Assembly (NCBI GenBank): GCA_937958345.1
Contig: CALGNW010000005.1
Span: 1 to 43,607, forward strand
Direction: 5' to 3'
Length of the DNA stretch: 43,607 bases
Source: an uncultured Neomegalonema sp.
GTDB taxonomy: Bacteria; Pseudomonadota; Alphaproteobacteria; Rhodobacterales; Rhodobacteraceae
Under the pieces are notes generated by a model. The model saw only the letters and a list, made by a program, of their open reading frames with translations. It did not search any database and had not been told where the DNA came from. Each line of letters opens with the position of its first letter. Position 1 is the stretch's first letter. Made by a program: the position numbers and the translations under genes. Shown here one piece after another: positions 30,704 through 38,079 of this stretch.

Positions 30704-31029
30704 GTCGCATTCTCCAATTCCACCGGCGCGCCGTGGGGCGTCGCCTCGTATGCCCGCGCCCACGCATCGCGCCGCGCCTCGATCTCGGCTCCCGGCAGCG
30801 CACCGCGATCGAGCAGGCGTTCCAGCGCCGACAGCACCGCGCGGTAATATCCCTCGGTCGTGTCCTCGTGTTCGCGCACGGCAACGCCCAGCGCCTCGGC
30901 CCAATCGCCTGCCGAAAACACGTCGGCCCGCACGAGGCAATCCGCCATCGCGAGCGCCTGCGCCTGCCACGCCTCGTCAAAGACGGCATCGCCGTCGCGC
31001 CGCACGAGCGGGCCAAGCGGCCCGGACAT
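30700..31029 (-). CDS. Nitrile hydratase accessory (activator) protein
   Basis: About 109 aa from the ATG at 31029, 2 nt after the nthB stop. FDEAWQAQALAMA... is characteristic of the beta-homologue accessory protein. The stop overlaps the HIT start (GTGA). Confidence 0.8.
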   Translation of the reverse strand: MSGPLGPLVRRDGDAVFDEAWQAQALAMADCLVRADVFSAGDWAEALGVAVREHEDTTEGYYRAVLSALERLLDRGALPGAEIEARRDAWARAYEATPHGAPVELENAT

Positions 31030-31030
31030 G

Positions 31031-31684
31031 TCAGGCGGCGGCAAGGTAACTCTCCCACAGATCGAGGTAGATCACATCGTCATTGGTGACTTCGGGGAAC
31101 AGGTCCGCCGCCCGAAACGCCACCGTATAAAGGTGCTGCGCAATATCCTCGCCCCGCGCCTCGGCATCGGGCAAAGGGTGCGCGCCGTGATGCGCATGGA
31201 TCACCCCGACCGCATTACGGGCATAGGCAGGCAGGCGCGTATGCCCGCTATGCCCCTGTGCCGCCGTGCGCACCGAACCGCCCACGGCAAACGCCGCCTT
31301 CACATCCGTCTTGCGCTCGAAATTCGGCGGAAAGAACACCATCTCCCGCACATCTTCGCGGGTCAGTGCTTTAACATCCGCAGGCGCGGGGCCGGGGGCC
31401 TTGTGTCCGGTCACCTCGGCCAACTCCAGCACACCGTTATCAATCGCCATCGCCACCGAAGTCTGGAGCCACGAATCAAAGTAAGGCCGCGTCAGATAAT
31501 CCACCGGGTCAATCAGCTCGCGCACATGACGGAACCAGTCAATCGGGTTGGGCCGCTCGGCGCGCAGCGAGACGCTCAGCCCATAGGCCCGTGCATCATG
31601 CTCGCCGTGATAGGGGTCGTCCTCATGGGCGCGGTCAATCCGGCCAAAGCCCTCTTTGCCGCCGAGGTCATGCACACCATCCAT
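31031..31684 (-). CDS. nthB: Nitrile hydratase beta subunit
   Basis: MDGVHDLGGKEGFG N-terminus, 217 aa. Coupled to the alpha subunit gene (TAATG). Confidence 0.9.
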   Translation of the reverse strand: MDGVHDLGGKEGFGRIDRAHEDDPYHGEHDARAYGLSVSLRAERPNPIDWFRHVRELIDPVDYLTRPYFDSWLQTSVAMAIDNGVLELAEVTGHKAPGPAPADVKALTREDVREMVFFPPNFERKTDVKAAFAVGGSVRTAAQGHSGHTRLPAYARNAVGVIHAHHGAHPLPDAEARGEDIAQHLYTVAFRAADLFPEVTNDDVIYLDLWESYLAAA

Positions 31685-32325
31685 TATGCAATCCCCTTCG
31701 ACAGATCACGGTCGGTTCCGATCATCGCGTTACGCGTCACCAGCCTGGCCAGCGCCTCCTGATCCCACCCGTCTGTTCCGGCGGGACGCTGGGGCAGCAC
31801 CATGTAGCGCAGCTCGGCGGTCGAATCCCAAACCTTCACCGCCACATCATCGCCCAGCGCAACATCAAACTCCGCCAGCACCCCGCGCGGATCACGCACG
31901 GCACGGGCGCGGTATTCGGCGGCCTTATACCACGCCGGCGCCATCCCCAGAATCCCGAACGGATAGCAAGAGCACAGCGTACACACGACGAGGTTATGCA
32001 CCCCGTCGGTATTCTCGACCGCCTGCAAATGCCCCGTCGCCTGCCCCTGCACACCCAGTTCGGTGACGGCGGCGGCGGCATCGCTCAGCAACAGCGCCTT
32101 GAAATCCGCATCCAGCCAAGCCCGCGCCACCACCTGCGCCCCGCGCTTGGGACCGATTTCCTCGGTATAGGCTTCGATCCACGCATCCACCGCTTCGGGA
32201 TCAACCAGACCCTTTTCGACCAGCAGGCTCTCAATCGCCTTGACCCGCAGCGCCGGTTCGGGCGGCAAATGGCTGTGCAGATGGCGATGAATGTCGGTGA
32301 TTTTCTTCGGATCGAATGATGGCAT
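31684..32325 (-). CDS. nthA: Nitrile hydratase alpha subunit, cobalt type
   Basis: Metal-binding claw VVCTLCSCYP. The Thr/Tyr variant (VCTLCSCY) is the Co-type signature. GGAGAG RBS. Confidence 0.95.
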   Translation of the reverse strand: MPSFDPKKITDIHRHLHSHLPPEPALRVKAIESLLVEKGLVDPEAVDAWIEAYTEEIGPKRGAQVVARAWLDADFKALLLSDAAAAVTELGVQGQATGHLQAVENTDGVHNLVVCTLCSCYPFGILGMAPAWYKAAEYRARAVRDPRGVLAEFDVALGDDVAVKVWDSTAELRYMVLPQRPAGTDGWDQEALARLVTRNAMIGTDRDLSKGIA

Positions 32326-32375
32326 GGCAACGCTCTCCGTGATTCACGTCAGAGCGTAGCAAGCCTTTGGCACTT

Positions 32376-32399
32376 GTCATACCCCGCGTCATACCCCGC
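32376..32399. repeat. Perfect tandem 12-mer (gtcataccccgc x2) between the hxlR stop and nthA start
   Basis: Read directly from the sequence. Lies 51-74 nt upstream of the nthA ATG on the coding strand. Confidence 0.85.
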
Positions 32400-32410
32400 T
32401 GAAAGTCACC

Positions 32411-32779
32411 TCATTGACGTTTCAGCGCGTCCTCAATGCCCCACCTGTGCAGCGCTTCGACGATCGGAGAGAGACGGTGACCTTTCTCGGTCAAACTGTA
32501 CTCGACCTTTGGCGGCACGACCGGAAAGACCTTTCGGTCAACGATGCCGTCCCCCTCCAGCTCGCGCAGTTGTTTGGTCAGGCTGCGCTGCGTGACATCG
32601 CCGATCCGGCGCTTCAGTTCTGAAAAACGCAACGTACCGTCCAGCAGGTGATAGATCACGAGGCCCTTCCACTTGCCGGAAATCTGTTCCAGTGCCGCCT
32701 CGACAGGACAGCCATCGCTGCAATCATAGCTCTCGAATCTTTGCGGTTTCGGCCCGGCCAGCGGCCTCACGGTATCCAT
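32411..32779 (-). CDS. HxlR-family (MarR-like winged-helix) transcriptional regulator
   Basis: 122 aa. CPVEAALEQISGKWKGLVIYHL..GTLRFSELKRRIGDVTQRSLTKQLRELEGDGIV.R, the canonical HxlR pattern. Confidence 0.9.
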   Translation of the reverse strand: MDTVRPLAGPKPQRFESYDCSDGCPVEAALEQISGKWKGLVIYHLLDGTLRFSELKRRIGDVTQRSLTKQLRELEGDGIVDRKVFPVVPPKVEYSLTEKGHRLSPIVEALHRWGIEDALKRQ

Positions 32780-32806
32780 TATGTACCTATAGTCACAATT
32801 TGTGCG
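32743..32806. repeat. 64-bp direct repeat, copy A (hxlR codons 1-12 plus 27 nt upstream)
   Basis: 62/64 identical to 33924-33987. Contains the palindrome CACAA-T-TTGTG at 32794-32804. Confidence 0.95.
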
Positions 32807-32902
32807 ATGTTATACTTTCCGCACCCAGAGCGTTGAGTAGCTGTTATGGGTAGGAATGCAAAGTTCTACACGATCAAAAGTCTTTCATGTTCGTTTGACA
32901 TT

Positions 32903-33550
32903 ATGAGATTTTATCTGGTTTATCGCGGCCCGCTTTCGTCAACCCAAGGAAGGCGGGGTAAGCGCAAATGCGAGCGTATCGCAATAAGGCAACAGATCGC
33001 CCCACAAATGGAACGTCTGTGGGCGACGAACGAGAGCCTTATCAAACTTCAATACGATGCGCGCGTGCCCAGTCCTGAAAAGGCAGGCGGGTTCTTGGGT
33101 AGTACAAACAGCCCGTTTGATGGCCGTCGTGACGCACCGCCCAGCCACCCACCGCAAGATGGCTTTATCGACCTAACCGATCCAATCCAGAAAAAAGGAA
33201 AACTTTTTAAGCCTCTAGTTCGCGAGTCTCTCGATTTAACCTGCACTTTGAACATTCTGTTCTTGAGGCAAGAGCAGCCCGGTTCTTTGCTAAAGCAGGG
33301 CGGCGACATCGATAACAGGATCAAGACATTCATTGACGCGCTGGAGATGCCATCAGACGAATTGGAGGGCGACGAGAAAGATGGGATCAACTACCCGCTT
33401 TTGGAAAACGACACGTTGGTTCGCGGCATTGAAATTGATACTGAGCGCCTTCTCCTGCCAGAGGAAGATTTTCCAAACCAAGTGCATTTGGTTGTCGAAG
33501 TAGTGGTGCATGTGGAGCGGGTAGGTGAGTGGAATATCGCGCTCTTATGA
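32903..33550 (+). CDS. Orphan hypothetical protein with RusA-like motif spacing (GDIDNRIKTFIDAL ... ENDTLV); alternative start 32846
   Basis: Only long ORF in the AT-richer cassette. MRFYLVYRGPLSS... N-terminus, an acidic DxDN..K...DAL motif, then a downstream (E/D)ND..V strand. Confidence 0.5.
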   Translation: MRFYLVYRGPLSSTQGRRGKRKCERIAIRQQIAPQMERLWATNESLIKLQYDARVPSPEKAGGFLGSTNSPFDGRRDAPPSHPPQDGFIDLTDPIQKKGKLFKPLVRESLDLTCTLNILFLRQEQPGSLLKQGGDIDNRIKTFIDALEMPSDELEGDEKDGINYPLLENDTLVRGIEIDTERLLLPEEDFPNQVHLVVEVVVHVERVGEWNIALL

Positions 33551-33553
33551 GCG

Positions 33554-33712
33554 TCAGTCTTTTTGAGCGGGCGATGCGATCTTATCCAGCGCCCGCTCAA
33601 ACTTCTCATCAGCCTCTGTGGGGTTTAGTTCGCCATCGGCTTCGAGGCTTTCGAAGGCCTTCAGGAACCGCGTCGACTGCTCTTGCGTTTCTTCGCTCTT
33701 TTTTTTCGGCAT
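33554..33712 (-). CDS. Small hypothetical protein (52 aa, MPKKKSEETQEQSTRFLKAFESLEADGELNPTEADEKFERALDKIASPAQKD); not in the ORF track
   Basis: Hand-translated: ATG at 33712, TGA at 33554-33556. It resembles small charged ORFs seen in alphaproteobacterial mobile DNA. It contains a 12-bp-stem inverted repeat (33562-33573 / 33590-33601). Confidence 0.35.
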   Translation of the reverse strand: MPKKKSEETQEQSTRFLKAFESLEADGELNPTEADEKFERALDKIASPAQKD

Positions 33713-33727
33713 CAGTTCGCCCGTGAA

Positions 33728-33925
33728 CTATGTTTCACAAGTGAGGCGCTCGCCGACGATGCAGCCCAAGGCAAGATCAGCGCGCGCTTCGTCGTTCACG
33801 CCCTTGCCGACGCGGTTTGAGTAACGGAAATCAGACTCGGCAAGATAGCGGTGAAGGTGTGCTTCACTGCAATGATGATAGACACCGCACATCCCGCGTT
33901 TGTAGATCGAAAAGAACCCTTCGGC
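33728..33925 (-). pseudogene. IS1595-family (ISXO2-like) transposase, C-terminal fragment only
   Basis: Hand-translated: AEGFFSIYKRGMCGVYHHCSEAHLHRYLAESDFRYSNRVGKGVNDEARADLALGCIVGERLTCET*. This matches the conserved C-terminal block of IS1595 transposases. No N-terminal zinc-ribbon or DDE region is present, and the fragment abuts repeat copy B. Confidence 0.7.
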
Positions 33926-33987
33926 GGTTTCGGCTCGGCCAGCGGCCTCACGGTATCCATTATGTACCTATCGTCACAATTTGTGCG
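33924..33987. repeat. 64-bp direct repeat, copy B (orphaned hxlR 5' fragment, ATG at 33960, plus upstream palindrome at 33975-33985)
   Basis: 62/64 identical to copy A, offset 1181 bp. The fragment encodes MDTVRPLAEPKP and then runs out of frame into the transposase remnant. Confidence 0.95.
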
Positions 33988-34054
33988 TACTTGCTTAAAC
34001 CGTATCCGAATGACAGGTCTGGTCAACATTCACGCTGCACAAAGGGCAATGACC

Positions 34055-34342
34055 ATGGCGCTGACAATTCTCGCACAGATCACAGCCGTTCCGGGCAAAG
34101 AAGACCTTGTTCGGGCCGAGTTGCTGAAACTCGTTCCGATTACCCGCGCCGAACAGGGCTGTATCCAATACGACCTGCATGTCGATAACGAAAATCCGGG
34201 CTTCTTCGTCTTTTATGAAAACTGGGAAACCCGCGCGTTGTGGCAAACGCATATGAGCGCGCCGCACCTTGCCGCTTACATGGCGGCGACGGACGGCGCG
34301 GTATCGGATTTCGTTCTCAATGAAATGAGCGCAATCGGCTAG
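34055..34342 (+). CDS. Antibiotic-biosynthesis-monooxygenase (ABM/YgiN-like quinol monooxygenase) family protein
   Basis: 95 aa from the ATG at 34055 (AAAGGG 8 nt upstream). ...GCIQYDLH......F.FYENWE...AL..H..APH..A, the typical ABM ferredoxin-like fold pattern. Confidence 0.8.
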   Translation: MALTILAQITAVPGKEDLVRAELLKLVPITRAEQGCIQYDLHVDNENPGFFVFYENWETRALWQTHMSAPHLAAYMAATDGAVSDFVLNEMSAIG

Positions 34343-34385
34343 AATCCCGCGCCATCAAAAACCGGCGCGTATCGCGGAATGTGCC

Positions 34386-35546
34386 CTACCCGCGTTTCAA
34401 CGCCAGCGACGCCATGCGCGATTGCTGATCGGGTGCAAAGCGGTACGCGCCGTGCGGCTGGGCATAATCCAGCAGGTCTTCGGCCCGCACACCAGCACCG
34501 AGGTTATGCACGATCATCGGATTGCCGGTTTTCGGATCGCGCCGGTTGACCACGACACCGATATGCGGCTCGCCGCCGCTCAGACGCCACGTAATCACGT
34601 CGCCGGGCTGATAATCCGACCCCAGCGGAATGGCCGCGCCGACCCGCTCGAAAAACGCCTCCAGATTCACCACGCGGCGGTGGTCGATATTCGGGTCGGC
34701 TTTTTTCAGGCCGTAGATTTTCTTGCTGGGATAGGCGGAAAACGCGCGCTTCATATCCTCGTGGACCATGCTTTGCAGGTCGATGCCGAGGCCGCGGTAA
34801 CTGCGGATGACAACATCGGTACACACGCCCGTATCCTCGGAAACATCTCCCCACGGATAGCCGATTTTCTTATAGGCGGCGACATACGCGACATTCGGGT
34901 TCAGCCGCGACAGCGCGGAATCCGACAGTTGATTGCCGAACGCGGGCGTATGCGCATTGCGCACGCGCGGGGCGGGGGCCGCGATGCTGCGCGCCTCTGA
35001 CGGTTGATAGGCCGCCTTCAGCGCGGCGACATTATAGGTCGTTGAACGGGGTACGCGCGGCGCGTCGGTATCGACCGGATCATCGCGCACCGGCGCCATC
35101 TGGCCCCGGCCCAGCGGTCGGGCCTGTTGCGTAAAGCCGGGCGATGCCAGCGTATAGGCGGGCGCCGCACTGACGGTCCGCTCGGGAACAGCCGCAACCG
35201 TTGCGGCCGGAACCTCGGTATAGGCAACCGCCTGAGTCTGCACCACCACCGGAACCGGAGCCGGAGCAGCAACGGATACAGGCACAGCCGCCACGGCGGT
35301 CGGCGCATCATACGGCCCCAGATCAATATCCTGCGGCACGGGCGCGGCGGCGGTGTTTTGCGGTTCGGGGGCCGCCTCGATAAATTCGGGCAGCGCCACA
35401 GCGCCCGCCGACAATCCTGCGTCCGTCTGCACAACAGGCACAGTGTCAACGGCTGCTGTCTCTACGGGAACAAATGACGGCGTGGCCGCACATCCCGCAA
35501 CGCCAAAACCCAGCGCCAGCGCGCTGACAACACGGATCGGTTTCAT
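34386..35546 (-). CDS. DUF1287-domain lipoprotein with long Ala/Pro/Val-rich linker
   Basis: ATG at 35546 (AAGGA upstream) gives [19 protein letters not shown], a lipobox. The C-terminal [22 protein letters not shown]...DHRRV...GDVITW...PHIGVV matches DUF1287. Confidence 0.8.
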   Translation of the reverse strand: MKPIRVVSALALGFGVAGCAATPSFVPVETAAVDTVPVVQTDAGLSAGAVALPEFIEAAPEPQNTAAAPVPQDIDLGPYDAPTAVAAVPVSVAAPAPVPVVVQTQAVAYTEVPAATVAAVPERTVSAAPAYTLASPGFTQQARPLGRGQMAPVRDDPVDTDAPRVPRSTTYNVAALKAAYQPSEARSIAAPAPRVRNAHTPAFGNQLSDSALSRLNPNVAYVAAYKKIGYPWGDVSEDTGVCTDVVIRSYRGLGIDLQSMVHEDMKRAFSAYPSKKIYGLKKADPNIDHRRVVNLEAFFERVGAAIPLGSDYQPGDVITWRLSGGEPHIGVVVNRRDPKTGNPMIVHNLGAGVRAEDLLDYAQPHGAYRFAPDQQSRMASLALKRG

Positions 35547-35745
35547 GGTTTCGTCCTTTGCCTGCCTGCCCTTTGCGGGGCTTCGGATCAGGCTATACAC
35601 TGAAATCCCTTACAGTTCATCTTTCAGTAGCCATACAAATCAAGAACACGGGCAACACCCTGTCACGTTTTCGCAAGAAACCGCGCAAGCCCTTGGAGCG
35701 GCCCGCCCCGACACCGTAACAAGGAACCAACCGCAGGAGGATTTT

Positions 35746-38049
35746 ATGCGCCGCACCGCCATTCTCGTCTTTTCCCTCATGGCTCTCTCCAACGCCGCCA
35801 TCGCTGATCCTCTGCCCGGCGCACGGCTTGATGCCGATGCACTGGCCCGGATCGCGAATGCGCCGCCGGTCTCGCCGCCCCGCACCCGCTATGTCGATGC
35901 GTCGGGCGCGCCGGTTTATACGAACCGTCTGGTCTTTGAACGCTCGCCCTATCTGCGCCAGCACGCGCATAATCCGGTCAACTGGCGACCGTGGGGGCCG
36001 GAGGCGCTGGCCGAGGCCGAAGCGCGCGGCGTGCAGGTCTTTCTCTCGGTCGGGTATGCGACCTGTCACTGGTGTCACGTGATGGAGGAAGAAAGCTTTG
36101 ACAACGCCGACATCGCCCGCGTGATGAACGAGAATTTCGTGCCGGTCAAAGTCGACCGCGAGACCCTGCCCGACATCGACTCGCAATACATGCTGGCGAC
36201 GCAAATCCTGACGGGGCGCGGCGGCTGGCCGAACAACCTGTTCCTGATGCCCGACGGACAGCCCATCGTTTCAACCAGCTATCAGCCGCCGAATGCGTTT
36301 CTTGATACGCTCACCAATCTCTCGCAGGACTGGCGCAACCCCGAGGGCCGGACCGCGATGGCCGAACAGGCCGCGTCCGTCTCCGAGTTTGTCCGCCTGA
36401 TTGCCGGATCACGCAGCGCCGCGCAGGACATCACCGAGGCGACATTCGAAAAGGCAACGGCGGGCCTGCTCGAAGATCACGACAATTTTCTGGGCGGTTT
36501 CGGCAAGGGGCCGAAATTCCCGAACGAGACAATGATCCGCTATCTGCTCGACCGGTACGAGCGCACGGGCGACCGCAGCGCAGCCGACGCGGCACTGGTG
36601 ACCTTGCGCCATATCGCGGCAGGCGGGATTCACGATCACGTCGGCGGCGGCTTTCACCGCTATGCGGTTGATGTGAACTGGCGCACCCCGCATTTCGAAA
36701 AGATGCTCTATAATCAGGGATTGCTGACGCGCAATTACCTGCAAGCCTATCGCCTGACCAAAGACCCGGTTTTCGAGCGCGCCGCGCGCCGTGCGCTGGA
36801 TTATGTCATCCGCGACATGACCGCCCCCGAGGGCGCGTTCTACGCCGCCGAGGATGCCGTCAGCCCCGTTACAGCGGGCGGCAAAACCGAAGAGGGCGCG
36901 TATTACGCATGGACCTACGACCAGCTCGACGCCGCACTCGGCGGTCAGGCGGACATGATCCGCAGCGCCATCGGCCTCGACCAGCCGCCGACGATACCGG
37001 CAGGCTCGGTTGTGCATGTCAGCCCGGATCGCCCGTCGGATTTTGCTGCGCTTGATCCGGCACTCGAACAAATGCGTCAGGCCCGCGAAGGCCGCCCGCA
37101 TCCGATCATCGACACCAAACTGATTGCGGGCTGGAACGGCCTGATGATCCGCGCACTGGTGGACGGGGCCGAGACACTGAACCAGCCGCGCTATCTTGAT
37201 GCGGCCAAGCGCGCGACCGAATTTGTGACAACCCGCATGCTGTCCCCCAACGGCGATCTTGCCCGCGCATGGGCCTCCGGCCCGCTCGAAGACGGCGCGC
37301 TGCGCGATTATGCGTGGATGGGCCTTGCTCTTGTAGCCCTTGCGGATGCAACGGACGACACGCGCTATCTCGGGCTGGCGCAAAAGATGAGCGACGAGAT
37401 TATCGCGCGCTTTGTCGATGCGCCGAACGCCCCCCTGCGCATGGCGCAACAGGCCGGACCGCTGGGGTCGACGTATGATGTGATCGAGGGATCGACGCCG
37501 ACGGGCAACGCCGCCGCCCTCGAACTTTTCGGCATGCTGTCACGGCGCGGCGAGGACAACGAGGCCGTCGATAATATCCAGCGCGCCGACAACCTGCTGG
37601 GCGCATTGTCCGGCTCCATCGTGCAGGCGCCCGAGGCGAATATCTCGTCGGTGACGGCGGCGGCGGTGTACCGCGACGGCGAGACGGGAACCACCCGTCG
37701 CCTCGGCGGCGGCACGGCAACCGCGCGCCTTGATCTGCAAGGCGACCAACTGACTTTGCATCTCGATTTTGCCCCCGGCTGGCACGCCAATTCGCATCAG
37801 CCGCTGAACCCCGACCTGATCGCAACCGCGCTCAGCGGGTCGGGACTGGGCAGTGTTGCGTATCCCAATCCGAAAATGATCTCGCTCGGATTTCAGGACG
37901 AACCGCTTGCGGTGCTGGAGGATCAGGCGAAAATCAACGCCACCGTCACGCCCGAAACCGAAAGCGCCGAGCTGACAATACAAATCTGCGGAACCGACCG
38001 CTGCCTACCGCCTGAACAACACTTGTTCCGACTGCCCGGCTCGATCTGA
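35746..38049 (+). CDS. Secreted thioredoxin-domain protein (DUF255/YyaL-like, (alpha/alpha)6 domain) with C-terminal DsbD-alpha-like domain
   Basis: ATG at 35746 with AGGAGG upstream. Signal peptide ...[24 protein letters not shown] thioredoxin-like motif. C-terminal ...WHANSH...[12 protein letters not shown]. The ORF-track extension to 35353 overlaps the neighbouring gene. Confidence 0.85.
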   Translation: MRRTAILVFSLMALSNAAIADPLPGARLDADALARIANAPPVSPPRTRYVDASGAPVYTNRLVFERSPYLRQHAHNPVNWRPWGPEALAEAEARGVQVFLSVGYATCHWCHVMEEESFDNADIARVMNENFVPVKVDRETLPDIDSQYMLATQILTGRGGWPNNLFLMPDGQPIVSTSYQPPNAFLDTLTNLSQDWRNPEGRTAMAEQAASVSEFVRLIAGSRSAAQDITEATFEKATAGLLEDHDNFLGGFGKGPKFPNETMIRYLLDRYERTGDRSAADAALVTLRHIAAGGIHDHVGGGFHRYAVDVNWRTPHFEKMLYNQGLLTRNYLQAYRLTKDPVFERAARRALDYVIRDMTAPEGAFYAAEDAVSPVTAGGKTEEGAYYAWTYDQLDAALGGQADMIRSAIGLDQPPTIPAGSVVHVSPDRPSDFAALDPALEQMRQAREGRPHPIIDTKLIAGWNGLMIRALVDGAETLNQPRYLDAAKRATEFVTTRMLSPNGDLARAWASGPLEDGALRDYAWMGLALVALADATDDTRYLGLAQKMSDEIIARFVDAPNAPLRMAQQAGPLGSTYDVIEGSTPTGNAAALELFGMLSRRGEDNEAVDNIQRADNLLGALSGSIVQAPEANISSVTAAAVYRDGETGTTRRLGGGTATARLDLQGDQLTLHLDFAPGWHANSHQPLNPDLIATALSGSGLGSVAYPNPKMISLGFQDEPLAVLEDQAKINATVTPETESAELTIQICGTDRCLPPEQHLFRLPGSI

Positions 38050-38079
38050 GGGGGTGCGGTTCGTCCCGCGCGGCGCGGC

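Noticed and set aside
30704-30970. N-terminal extensions in the ORF track. Examples: 30323-30970 (215 aa) versus the 126-aa HIT protein, 5646-6284 versus the 142-aa USP, 12926-14590 versus the binding protein, 35353-38049 versus the thioredoxin protein, and 1978-2772 versus the OMP.
   Set aside because: The extensions overlap the upstream gene, are Arg/Ala/Gly junk, and precede internal starts with good RBS and sensible N-termini (a signal peptide or the family-typical start). Several track starts are TTG/GTG that the track shows as M.
33796-34029. 77-aa minus-strand ORF.
   Set aside because: It is a chimera: read-through of the upstream intergenic region, the duplicated hxlR start and out-of-frame transposase remnant. 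It may be translated from the hxlR ATG at 33960, but it is not a conserved gene.
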